A stretch of DNA of 63,908 bases, the filler included, from Lenisia limosa (taxonomy: Eukaryota; Protista; Breviatea), in NCBI GenBank assembly GCA_001655205.1. It is 10 parts of 10 records of this genome, joined end to end, with 100 filler letters (N's around TTAATTAATTAA, not from the genome) between each part and the next. Parts side by side here need not be neighbours in the genome. Positions count along the whole stretch, not along the records: positions 5,468 to 28,984 come from LPNZ01010349.1; positions 29,085 to 35,841 come from LPNZ01000848.1; 8 more parts are not named here. One strand, 5' to 3'. The position numbers and the translations under genes were made by a program. Below are positions 23,496 through 35,941 of this stretch, one piece after another (positions within the stretch are counted from its first letter, which is position 1; each line of letters opens with the position of its first letter). The notes beneath the pieces are model-generated. The model was not told the origin of the DNA, made no database searches, and saw nothing but the letters and a program-made list of their open reading frames with translations.

Positions 23496-26400
23496 CTATT
23501 GCTTTTTCATTTTCTTCATCCACTCCGGCGTGTCATCCTCCTTTTCCTTGGACGGTGCCTGTGCGGGTTTGGAACCCTTCAACTTGTTGGCCATCCAGGA
23601 AGGCTTTGCGGCTGAAAACAGATGAGGGTAATAACAGACGGACCATTAGTACATTTGATATATAACTATTGTTCGAAAAGTGTTTTGATCCACCCACGCT
23701 CCTTCGTGGGTTCCTTGCTGTCGCCAAGCTTGGCTCCAGACGTCGATTTCTTCAGCCCCTTCATCCAAGATGGCTTAGCCGGTTCTACATTTTGAGGGTC
23801 AGGAGGTATCCAAGGAGAGATGAAAGCGGTTCGTGACCCACCATTAGAGGCTTCTTCGTCACTCTTCTTTGGCGGCGGCCTGCTGCCACTCTTCTTCAGT
23901 CCCGTCATCCAGGAGGGCCCACTGCTGCCTTCTGAAGGTTGTTAGTACGCACTACTTGATACTATAGATGCTTCACTTGGTTGTAACTTATAAGTTGTAT
24001 TAATATATATCATATATATATATATACTATATATATATATGATATAGTAGTATCTATTATTGGAATGGTGCAAGATTTTGAATCGACCGAATGCCATGCC
24101 TTATCAGCACGCATTAAAAAAAAAACTAAACAGATGGATCAAATAATCAAATACCAGGACCCAGGCAAATCACACAATGCTCACTACCAAAAGTCCAAAA
24201 CCATCTCATTCGGCCCACCATCCTTCTCGTCATCCTTTGGAGGGGGCCTGCTTCCGCTCTTCTTCTTCAATCCAGACATCCAGGAGGGGCCGCCTCCACC
24301 TCCTCCTTCTGTAAGAATAAACAAACGAATCAGCACATAATCCTTTACTATTAATTCTTGAACTTAATGGCAAGCAATTTTAGATATCTGACATTACTGG
24401 CTTATGAAGGCCCCTTCAATTTGGTTATTGGGAGGCATACAACTCCGTGTACACAACAAGTTTACAAGTCCAAACCGACCCACCATCCTTCTCGTCATCC
24501 TTTGGAGGTGGCCTGCTTCCGCTCTTCTTCTTCAATCCAGACATCCAGGATGGACCTCCACCTCCCGAGTCTTCTGAGAATGTGACAACAAAAAACAAAG
24601 GGTAATAATTTCCAAGTCCAACCATCGTCCTTCTTGTCACCTGGCATTGGCATTCTTGGACCCTTCTTTTTCATTCCCTTCATCCACGATGGCCCTCCTC
24701 CTCCATCTTCAAGGTGAGACAAAAAAAAAAGAAACAATAATACCCCTTAATAAGCAGACAAAGCTCTTTCCCTTTTTAGTCATATTCTTCCCTCAGTTTG
24801 GGGAGGGGATAATGGTGTATCCGACAGCTGTGCACAGCTCAAGAAACTGCATCACAATTTGTATCCTTTCCCACCATCATCGTCCTTCTTATCTCCTGGC
24901 ATGGGCATCCTTGGCCCCTTCTTCTTCTTGCCCTTCATCCAAGCTGGGCCTCCTCCTACTGTATTAGTTTACAATCTCGGAATAACACAGCAAAGGAATA
25001 TAGTTGGAAAATGACAAAGATATTGCAACGTTCAACAAACCTCCAGCACTTTCAGCAGGCTGTTCGTCCTCGCTTTCTTCGGATTCGTGCTCAGAAGCTG
25101 ACAGGTCAGACTCTGACTGGTTCAAAGTCTCCTCATCAAACTCATCGGGATCGTAGGACTCCTCAAGGTCCCGCTGCTCCTTCTCCTTCTTCTTCCTCAG
25201 CTCTTCTGCCTTCTTCTCTTCTGCTTTCTTCTTCTCTTCCTCCTCCTTCTTCTTGCGTTTTTCCTCCTTATTTTCTTCATCTTCCTCCTCCTCTTCCTTT
25301 TCCTCCTTCTTTTCTCCATCATCTTCCTTTTCTTCCTTCTTTTCTCCATCTTCCTTTTCTTCTTCCTTCTTAACACCTTCCTCCTTCTTCTCTTCCCCAC
25401 TCTTCTCTTCTTCCTTCTTCTTCCTCTCCTCTTCCACTGCCTTCTTTTGTTCGGCAGTTTTGACGATCGGTTTTGGGATCTCGCCCTTAAACACTCGCCT
25501 GGCAAAGATACGCCGCTTCTTCGTTAGTCTCTTCTTGATCTTGGCCTCCTTTTCCTCTTGTTTCTTCTTCTTGGCCTCTTCCTTTTCTTTCTTCTTTGCT
25601 TCTTCCTTCTCTTTCTTTTCCTTTTCAATAGCATCTCGCTTCTTCTGCTTTTCTTCCTCCTCCTCAAGCTTAGTGAGTTGTTTGCGTGCTTCATCGCACA
25701 TCTAGACCGTCAAAACCAAGAAAACTCTCGTTTTGATACAATTCACAAGTTGCCTGAAGAGCACCCCTCCCACTTGTGTAAACTCCTTCAATCGGCCGAA
25801 CCACTCATCGGGTTGTGCTGTTTTGCCGTCTTCACCGAAGCTTTTGACTAGAGCTGAGAAGTCGGTTTGCATGTCCTTGAACTAGAGAAGTCAATAAAAA
25901 GACGAACTACCACCCAACATATCTTACAAATATCATGCTGAATGTTCACATACCTCTTGGTCAAGAGCAGTGAACTTCTCCTGAGCATTCACAAGGAACT
26001 CCGTCATCACGTCCACAAACTGGTCATCTTCCAACGCTGAAGGCCAGGTCAGGAAATGTGTTTAAATACCCTCTTTTGAAGTTAATAAAAACACAACATA
26101 CGTTGTTCATTGGACTCTTGCTCTTCGATCTCCCTGTCAATAAGGTCCAACCCTCTCTTCAACTGGGCGACATTGGCCGTCAGCTGGTTAATGGACACCT
26201 GGCACAGTGGGACCAATGTAGTCATAGTTTCGATGAAGAATATTGGCGTAAAGGTACTAATTACGAAACCAATAATCTGAAAAACAAAAAGCAAAAAAAC
26301 AAGCAATAACAAACATGAGCAACCAGTATAATTGAAAAAATTATGAACCAAAAAAGCCCAAAATTAATGCAGTAATTAGAAAGCCCTGGTCAATATATGG

Positions 26401-28984
26401 TTACAATAATTTACTCCGCAAAAATCAATTATTGACTCTCACAATCCTGACCCAGCCACCTTGGCAGCCTCCTCCACGTCTTTGAGGTCCTCCAGGAAGT
26501 CGGTGATGGGGTTTTCCTGCTCAGCTGTGGTCTTGACCAGGTAGTGCAGAAGTGTCATCTTTGGCCGTGCAATGGACTTGGTGTCTCGCAGCTGCGGTGT
26601 GAGGAATGTAATAGCAAAAGTGGCAATGCCAATACCTTGGTCAAAGTGTCCAGTTTGAAACCGTAAGCCCCGCCTCTGAACCCTCCACCGTTGAGGTAAT
26701 TTCCTACAGGAGATGAGAAAACCATCATGGAAATGAAGTTTGAGTATGAACCAAAGGCTCACCGATGCCCAAGACAAGCTCCAAGAACTTCTTAAAGCTC
26801 TTACTATCTTTGACCTACAAAGTTAACATATTTAGGATTGAGGGCCATTCAGTTTCTTGGACCAATGGTGGCCTTCCCACTCACGCCGGAAACGCTGTTT
26901 GAAACTGCCTTGACTTCATGATCAACGTCACCAAACATCTCCGTGTACCTGTGTAGTTAGGTTCTGTGGCCCACTGAACCTCACATCCTCCCCAAATGCG
27001 GCTCAAAAGAGATGATTACATTGTTTCCTGTGATGCCATATTATAAGTCCACATCCAACCAAATGACCAATTGACCCTTCCCCGGTACTTCTTTTTAAAG
27101 TCGAAGCATTGGAGTCTTTGCTGAATCCGTGGAATGGCAAGCATTTCGATACAAAACTGTTCCGCTTTACCTAGGGGATAAACAATCCAAAGATTGGTAG
27201 TTCACAGATCAAAGGTTCAAGGATTTATAAACTTTACCAATATGTAATTCAGGTTTTGTATCACCCACCAAGTAAAGCCTTATCTCCGTCATATTCCATG
27301 AGAGGTCCCTGGTTCTCCTGCATTGCGGGAAGGTAGTTGAGGATGGACTTGACCTGTTCGCCCGAAAGCTTCGTATCGTCCAGCTTCAGAATGTACGTCG
27401 TGATTTCCTGAGATGTGTAAGAAGGGTGGATCTGGCCATCTCTTTTTGTTGGAAAATTTATCAACACTGCATCCGATCATGTGTCTCGTATAAGTACGAC
27501 GGCGGACTCATAACAGTCAACACGCCCCTTTATCCCGTCCACAAACCTTCAAAGGACATCTGAAGCGCGACAGCATGATACTGATATTGTTGCTCTCTTT
27601 CGCAGGCAGAATTGAGACGGTCAGGTCAGCCTTCTTCGGCTTCTCACCTTCCTACCGAGGGAATAAGACAGAATTGAATGATTCTAATTGTGGACTCTGA
27701 ACGAACATTTGCATACCTTGACCTCCTTTTTCTTGGCTACAGGAGCGCAGAAAAGCGCCTCCAGTTCGGAGGAATCAACCTAAATGTACAGTTAGTAGTT
27801 AAGACAAAGTCATAAGATACCATTATTAATTGTTTACCACCAAAACCTTAATATCCTTGTCAGAACATTTGTCCCAGAAGCTGTTGTCAATCTTGGTATC
27901 GGGGATCTTCGACCAATTGAGCGCCTTCATCTTGACACTCGGTTTGATTTTGGGCTTAGCAGGGCGTTTGGGAGCAAACCCGCCACCCATACCTCCCATG
28001 CCGGGTGGTGGCGGAGGACCCGGCGGACCACCCATTCCTGCAAGGCATGAGTTATACCTGCTCTGCTATATTCACAGCTTCGCAAAACATTCCAAGACAT
28101 CTGAACAGGGCCCCACAAACCAGGGGGTGGAGGAGGTGGAGGAGGGCCCCCGCCCATACCTACAAACGTAAGTTGACACATGGAAATCAGGAGCTAAGGC
28201 CATATGATTGCAGAGATGTACTTTGGAATAGATTATCAAAAAGAGTTCATTTTGGGACAAAAACAAAGAAACTAAATTTCCAATGATAAATAGTAAGCAA
28301 TCACTGGACAGAAACACCGCCCTTATTACACCCCAGCCAACCAGGCATTGGTGGGGGAGGAGGAGGGCCACCTCCCATGCCTAAATGGTGAACAATATTG
28401 ACCAAAAAATGGGGATAAGCTCGAACGATACATTTGGCATTGAATAAAGCAATCAACCACCACTCCGACACATACCGGGCATAGGAGGAGGAGGGGGTGG
28501 ACCGCCTCCCATACCTAAAAGGTCAAAATAAAGCCCAATAGTGTCATATCACATGCTTTTGAACAAGCCACATAAACACTGTGGGAAGAATGGTTCAATA
28601 GAGGACACTCTGAATCGAGACATACCCGGCATGGGAGGTGGTGGCGGTGCATTAACGCCACCTGGTGGCAGCGGCGGCGGAGGGGGACCGTTAACCCCAC
28701 CGGGTGGGAGGGGTGGTGGTGGCGGTCCTCCACTTGCTGAACAGATGAGCAAAACGGAAATAGCAGCTATGAGGCTTGGATCTCTAGTGACTAATCACAA
28801 TTGGGTCTCATAACAATACGATCCATGTGCTGAATATGGTATATCTTATAGTTCAGGCTTGATGGTCTCTTTGGTCAATACCACCACGATAGCATTCTAC
28901 ACCCAGCCCCAAGAAGAAGCGATCCCTACCCGGAGGTCCTCCAGGCGCTGGCGTATCCAGGTACGCGCCCGGGGCGGGGGGTGG
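23496..28984 (-). CDS. Formin (FH1 + FH2) with charged insert and repeated C-terminal PxWM motifs; 5' part cut by contig join
   Basis: Poly-Pro FH1 exons (GMGGGPPPPPPMPG), FH2 motifs KMKALNWSKI, NNISIML, GNYLNGG..RGGAYGFKLDTLTKLRDTKS, KMTLLHYLVK, E/K-rich exon 25041-25701, terminal exon ...PEWMKKMKKQ* (TAG 23496-23498). Confidence 0.93.
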
Positions 28985-29354
28985 NNNNNNNNNNNNNNNN
29001 NNNNNNNNNNNNNNNNNNNNNNNNNNNNTTAATTAATTAANNNNNNNNNNNNNNNNNNNNNNNNNNNNNNNNNNNNNNNNNNNNAATTGAACCTACGAAG
29101 TTTCGCCGACAGTCAATGAGGTGTGCCACTCTGCCAAAGTAGAATCGTTTAGAAAGGAAATCGGAGCACGATAGCCACACATTAAAGGCAAAAGTTCAGT
29201 TCAGTTCCGTTCCATGAATTGACATAAAAAAAAAAATTTTAGCTCTGTGGTATGGCTTTATTTTGCTGTTTAAATTGTAAAATTTGGTGTTTATAGGGAT
29301 TATTTATCGTTAAGTTTTATGTCTACACTTACTTGCTATAAAATAGTGTAATCA

Positions 29355-29406
29355 AAATTCGCACTCAGGTTGAAATTCGCACTCAGGTTGGAATTCGCAC
29401 TCAGGG
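29355..29406. repeat. 18-bp tandem repeat x3 just upstream of the Cys-rich gene
   Basis: aattcgcactcaggttg(a/g) at 29356, 29374, 29392. Confidence 0.85.
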
Positions 29407-29431
29407 GGGTCGCCTTAAACGATCCGTTATT

Positions 29432-32400
29432 ATGGGAATTTTCGATAATACAAATGATATACTAGGATATCTTCGTCTGTTGGGTGTGTTTTTTGTATTT
29501 TTTGTAGTTTCCAACTTTTCTGGTAGCATGAAAATATTCCAACCTCTTTCCAGCATTGACAATTTAGAAATGGCCATTGACTGCAGGGGTGCCTACTGCT
29601 GATGCGCAATGTTTGGAGTACCTCATTAGTAGGTCATGTTAATTGATCTGTTTCACTGTAAATTGTCTTCTAGACTTTTCCCATGTTCATGCTTGGCTTC
29701 TGTTATAATTCATACTCATCATTTTAGGGAATTTAACAGATGTTGACGACTTGATCTGTACACACTGCCAACGAGGTGAAGTGGCCAATCCCTTGACCAA
29801 CACCTGTGACCCCTGTCCCGAAGACCACTATTGCCCAACAGGCAAAGTTCCAGTCAAGTGTCTGCTATACACCACCGCAGTATCTTCACGATTCCACTAC
29901 TCCCAAGTAAGCTTTATTTGTTCACAATATGAATAGTCTTTCGAAATAGTATAGTAGCCTGTGTTTTGGATAATAAAAAAAAGGACTGACAATTCTATCT
30001 TTCATCACATTTTTGTTATCAATCTAGGAGGATTGCGTCAAATCTTTTCCTTTGGTGAAATTGAGAAAATTTGGTCATAGTTGTCAACCCAATTTCTATG
30101 TAAATGAAGCACTTTCCTGCACTCCTGCTACCTTGAGTGAGCTTTTCTATGTAATATTCTGATACTATATTGCTATGTTTTTTAAAATATTTCTTAAAAA
30201 GTAAAAGTAGCATTCCCTTTTGCTTATTTATTGTAACACATACAGAGTATTACGCTGATGGCTTCACTCAAACAATCTGCCCAGATCACGAGAATACAGC
30301 TTTTCACGGTGTACTAGGCAACGGGCGCTGTATGTGCAAAGATGGTTATGCGTACAATGACGAGATGAAATGTGTTCTCAAAACAATCTGTAGGTACAAC
30401 TTACAAGCGGTCTTGGTTTCGTTTTCCCATCGTCCGTATCATCACCCATGCGGTTAACCTCCGTAGTCCAGTATATCGTTGAAGAAAAGGCCGTATTCAC
30501 ACCCACCGGGTATCTTCTTTCTGCGGAAACCTTCATTTCATCATTGGGAGCGTTTAATGGTACAATACTAAAGTTTGGGAGGGTGCGGCCATGTTGAACA
30601 AATGCAAATTGAAAATTATATAACCTTCTATATTTTGGTAGCTTTTTGACACAGACTCCCTGCTAATTTTACTGATTGTAGTTGCCGTGCTGTGAACCAC
30701 GACTTCTTGAATCCGGAGCATAACGCCTGTGTTCACATTGCTACATCTCGCCAATTTCGGGAAGAAGACGGAATGTATATGGGATTCTTTAGTTCTCCGT
30801 GCGTTGGAAAATTAATTTCAAATTTTAATATTTGCCCCAAATAATTTTTTGAACGAACAAGGATTGTTTTATTGGTTTTTACTTTAAGACTGTTGAGTAT
30901 CATTATAACCTAGATTTTTGTTAATTAACCACCTTCAATAGAGTATTATGAATTAATCTAACTAACATCTGAAGAATTACTTATTTTTTAGGCTTGTTAT
31001 TGGAGAAGCTGTCATTTGTGACGCGAACTACTACTTTGATATGAGTATCAATGAATGCGTAAAATGCGGTCCAGGTGGGTAGTTCTCTAGTTCTCATTTC
31101 AGTTGCGTTGCAACAAATCAAGTTAAGATGGCTTTCATCAATCCATGAATGAACATCCTATTTCTGTTGATTAAAAATGCTTCCAACAACACTTTTGACC
31201 TTGTCTTCCAGGCCAGTATACTCCAGGGAAAAATGCATCGCATCAGCTTGCTTCATGTATGCATTCGGACAGCATTAGCGTCCGCGTTCCATGTGAGAAT
31301 GGTACCATGTGTCTCGCTGGCCGTTCTGCTCCCCTCCACCCAATGACTATTTTCGAGGTTTGTTCGAGGAAAAAGATGCTATTTGTGAGGAATTAAGGGC
31401 AGTATATAATAAGTGTTATCATAATCAACAGCGCCAAGCAACACAAGACACGATGTATTCTTAGAATCAGCTTGCTTATGTCCTAAGTAGTATTTAAGCT
31501 CTCACCTATTTAGACCTTCCCTATTGGAGTTTGGAAATTCTATGATCAGTTCCAAACACTGCCTTACTCCAACTTATGCCCTGCTCCTCTTTTATTGGGT
31601 AGTGGACAATGCATGGTTGGTGTTAATTTTGCCATGTTTCTATTGCATTTATTGAAAGTTTTGGTGTTCTTGTTATGACTGCTAGATATTCTGAATCATT
31701 AGAGATCCTTTGCTAATTCTTTTAGCAATGTTCAGCTGATCAAAAGCGGCATTCAAACGACTGTCATTTTTGTCTTTTTGAAGAGGCTTCTAACCCTGCC
31801 TCAACAGCATGCCATCGTGAGGGACATTTCATCTTATTAAATTGCAACAATGTTGCCGCTCTCCTCCCATAACAGAATCATATTTATACAGTTCAATCAT
31901 CAAAACAACAAACGAGAGTTTTGATTCAATACCATCATTTATTTATGGATCAATCCATTTATTCCATCGTAGCCTGAACCCTGCCTCAACAGCATGCCAT
32001 CGTGAGGGATATTTCGTCTTATTGAATTGCTACAATGTTGCCGCTCTCCTCCCATAACAGAATCATATTTATACAGTTCAATCATCAAAACAACAAACGA
32101 GAGTTTTGATTCAATACCATCATTTATTTATGGATCAATCCATTTATTCCATCATAGCTTGCCGAGAGTGTGCTACCTGCAGTCACAATCCTGACTATTG
32201 TGTAACATGTCCTGATGGAAAGAAGTTGTTCCAAAATGTGGGAAGCTGGTTTCCTCCCTATTATTTGCTATACAACTTGTAAGTGAAATTTAACCTTCCA
32301 GAAATGTGTTCAAACCTGCCCCAATTATTCCTATGATGACGGCAGTGCATGCAAGGGTACGAAGGACAACATTCAGAAACACTTCGTATATTATACCTGG

Positions 32401-35400
32401 GTGTCAGTAATATTATGCTGTGTAAAAAAAAAGCTCTTAGTATTAGATCAATTTTGGACAATTGGACTAGACTCCAATATATTTTGTGTACTTTGAGTTT
32501 ACCTATGTAGAGTGTCCAACGAATTGTATACTTTGCACAGCGGCAGGTTGTTCACTATGCGATCAAGATAATGTAAGAAAGACATTACAGAGCATTAATC
32601 ACACATTAATATATTATTTAAAAACAAACATAAACGGTGGGGAATGGACCTGTCATTTGAACCTGCAGCAAGTTCTGCAGACTATCTCTGAGCTGCTGTT
32701 TTGATGAGTACAGGGATTCCTTTTCAATCGCAACGGCACTGAATGCATTGCAAAGATCGATTGTCCAATGGGTACATTCGCCCCCATTGTTGCGCCTTCA
32801 ACTGAGCCGCTGAAATGCGAAGGTAAGTAGTGAACTAGTGAAATAGACGAATGTGACCACATCGTGTTGTCATATTATTTGAATGTATAGCAAAGTAGAG
32901 TATAATACTGGTCAAGGTTAATAGATAACCCCTAATGTGGAAACATGTATACTATAGAATGTTTCTTTTAGCTGTTTTTCCTTGTTTATTACTCGCTCAG
33001 ACCAACCAACCATTCTCTCAGTCGCGGTTACGGGCATTCTTGTTGAAACTCTTGAGTCTCATATCCGTATTGAAATGCCCGAGTCCCAAACCAATGTAAG
33101 CCTATTAGTATTTGTCATACTATATGATATATGTTAACAAGAGAGGAACTTGCCCTCTCATACTTTGGAAACTAAAAAAACGACATCTAATAATACTATA
33201 TGATGATATAATATAATTACACGCGACCCAAATTACCCCGATAGAAAACCACCTACTGTGGACTGAGTAGTGCTTCCGGCTACTCCCTTCAGGTGTGCAC
33301 CATGAGCGGACCTCTTTGCGAGTTGGCGGGTACTTATGCTCATTTGGCCTGTTAATATCGTTAACAATTACAATAAGCTATGCAGTCAACTATCCCTTGA
33401 ATTGTAATTGTGAATAAAAAATATGATGGTAGTCTGCTTTGATTGTGTTACGTCTTTTGAATTCCATTATTTTATTGGTGAAAGTCTCAATATTAACATT
33501 ATTAGCATCAAGGTGACACCAGAGCTTCCTCCAGGTTTGCCGCTGAACATTAATTGTTTGAGAATGACTCCTTGCTTATTTACCATTTAATTATGTATCA
33601 TTTTTATTCATATGCATATATATTTTATTTATAATTTATTCATGTAGGCGAATCCTCTGGTGTCCATCAAGTGGTGTGTTCTAATCACCTTGATGCAATT
33701 CCCAGTTATTATGTGGCTGATATTACGGTATGGCAACAGATGGAGGGTTACTTATTTCTGCTAACTTGAATGTTGACAATTGATCTTGATGAACTTATTG
33801 GTTTTTATATTTTTCTGATAAATAAATATAACTTCGTAATATAGCACAGACAGTATGCCCCTCTTTTTTATCAGTCAACAGGTACACGATGGGGACCTGG
33901 TGTTGGATCCACAGTATATTCCAAGTAACCCCGGATCACACGTGTTTAACTGTTTAAATTGCTACAGTTATGAGGCTCAAAACTATGTCACTTGGGAGTA
34001 GGGGGGAGCTCGCCTGCTGTCAGTTCCCTTCTAGCGACTATTTGAGTGATATCAGTGAATTTACTTCTTAGATTTCTTTACGGCCGACTTTCTGGAGATA
34101 TGGGAACTGCCCCCTTCGAAATTAGTGGATCTTTGGGTGATGAAACCGAGTTTTCCTTCACTTACACGTAATTTGGGAGTTCTTCTCAATAACGTAGTTA
34201 CTTACTTCTCTTGTTGTATTAGGCAGTATTAGGCAACATTATCGATACCAATCATTGACTTTAATAAACACCAAATCTAGTTCCAACCTTTTGTATGATA
34301 TTGAGTTTTATTTACCAATTGAAGGAACCATGTCAGAAGTGGTGCTCGTGCAGGGTCAATCATTACAGACTTGGTTAGGAAAATCCCATCATTTGAAGTC
34401 ATCAAAACGACACAGGTTTGTTGGCCAGTTCCATTTGAATATTTTTTTTCAAATGCTAGATTTGAAAGTACACTAAATATGTAGTTTCTTGCTGCTGTTA
34501 GCGAAGGAGTTACAGATGACGTGATGTTATCCTTTAACACATTTCCAACTCTTGAGAATTTTCACGCTCAATGTGTCACAGTCCTGTCCTGTTGGGGGGT
34601 CTACTTACGATATTATTCATTTCCTTCCTAATATATAATGCAGATATGGGTTCTATTCTATTCAAAGCATTGTTTTTTTTAAAATAAAAAATGTAACCTG
34701 AGCACGATATTTTTTTTTATCCTTTTAGCAACGTATTCTTCTGATGAATTTGGCTACGATACACAGTACACTGACGTTCAGTACATCGGAGGAGGTATGT
34801 AAGAGGTCTTTAATACTCTTTTTAAAACGAGCGAATAACCGAAGCATGTTGTTCTACTTTACGTGTGTCTAACTTAATACCCCTCACGTTTTATCTGTGC
34901 TGTAACTATGCAGGAGTAGCCTCTTGTGGAATTCCAGTCATTCATTTCGGAGCTGTTGAACTAAAAGTTGGAAACAAGTTATAATTATGGCTTCCCTGTG
35001 GTCTCAAAATAGACTAAATTTCCCAAGTCCTCGATGAATATCGATATTTTGACGGTCTTTTTCGAATCACATGGAAGCCCTAGGTATAATATTTTGACAT
35101 AAATAAATATTTGTGAAAAAAAAAACAACTCACATTCACCGATGGTGTTTTCGTGTGATGTGTTAGTTTATGGAATGTTGATTTACACCACTCCTGACAA
35201 TTTGGCAATCTTTAACAAAATCAAACAGCTAGATGTAATATGTGTATAATATGTTTGTTAATTTTTCACATTGTTTTTTAGATTGGTCTTCGATTCAGAA
35301 CATACGCTGGATCAAATGAGTTTGTTGATTCACCCCTTGCGTACATCGAGTTTATACACCCGCTATCGCCCAGGCTCACTGATCTTCATTTCACCATGTG
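29432..35400 (+). CDS. Large Cys-rich extracellular/surface protein (EGF-like, furin-like, GCC2/GCC3-like repeats); ends approximate
   Basis: Hydrophobic N-terminus GYLRLLGVFFVFFVVSNFS; exons CTHCQRGEVANPLTNTCDPCPEDHYCPTG, CMCKDGYAYNDEMKC, CDANYYFDMSINECVKCGPGQY, ACHPCRECATCSHNPDYCVTCPDGK, ECPTNCILCTAAGCSLCD, CIAKIDCPMGTFA. Confidence 0.75.
31792..32157 (+). repeat. 185-bp tandem duplication of an exon tail plus the whole following intron
   Basis: aaccctgcctcaacagcatgccatc|gtgaggga...ttccatc(g/a)tag occurs at 31792-31972 and 31977-32157. Confidence 0.92.
34987..35081. mobile_element. MITE family A, full-length, intronic
   Basis: atggcttccctgtggtc...catggaagccct; flanks agttataatt / aggtataata (8/10 identical). 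Confidence 0.8.
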
Positions 35401-35941
35401 TGTTGATAAACCTGTGAGTGGCGAGTTGAGAGTTTATTTCATATGTGTTTCTAGCCAAATAATCCAAAAATGAGCAATTGGCTATTTATAGTTATTATTA
35501 GTGTTATAGGTGGAGGCACATGAGTGTGGGCACTTTTTCATTTTTTTCATTTTTTTTTTAGATAAAAAATCCAAAAGGAGGAGCAGCAACGATTTATCTC
35601 AAAGAAATTATCAAAAACCCACCTTTTTGAAAAAAAATAATTAGAAGTGTATTCATACAGATATAAAACAGAACATAGAGAGGGTAAAAACACAANNNNN
35701 NNNNNTGGAGCAATTGATTTTCGTGGTTTTCTACCAGCTTCATAAGCCATTTGAACTTTCTTTCCGACCAGTGGATTACCACAATTTACCTTCATTTTCA
35801 AAATACCATCTGTTTTCAAGATCTGTCAGATTGTCCCGATANNNNNNNNNNNNNNNNNNNNNNNNNNNNNNNNNNNNNNNNNNNNTTAATTAATTAANNN
35901 NNNNNNNNNNNNNNNNNNNNNNNNNNNNNNNNNNNNNNNNN

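Noticed and set aside
25011-25851. Long plus-strand S/F/L-rich ORFs (25253-25705 and others), and the minus ORF 22826-23332
   Set aside because: Antisense shadows of the E/K-rich formin exon and the EEKKEEIVV repeat.
29085-29200. Candidate first exon of the formin (MCGYRAPISFLNDSTLAEWHTSLTVGET) across the join
   Set aside because: Has a donor but no formin N-terminal (GBD/FH3) similarity, and is separated by an artificial join; unsupported.
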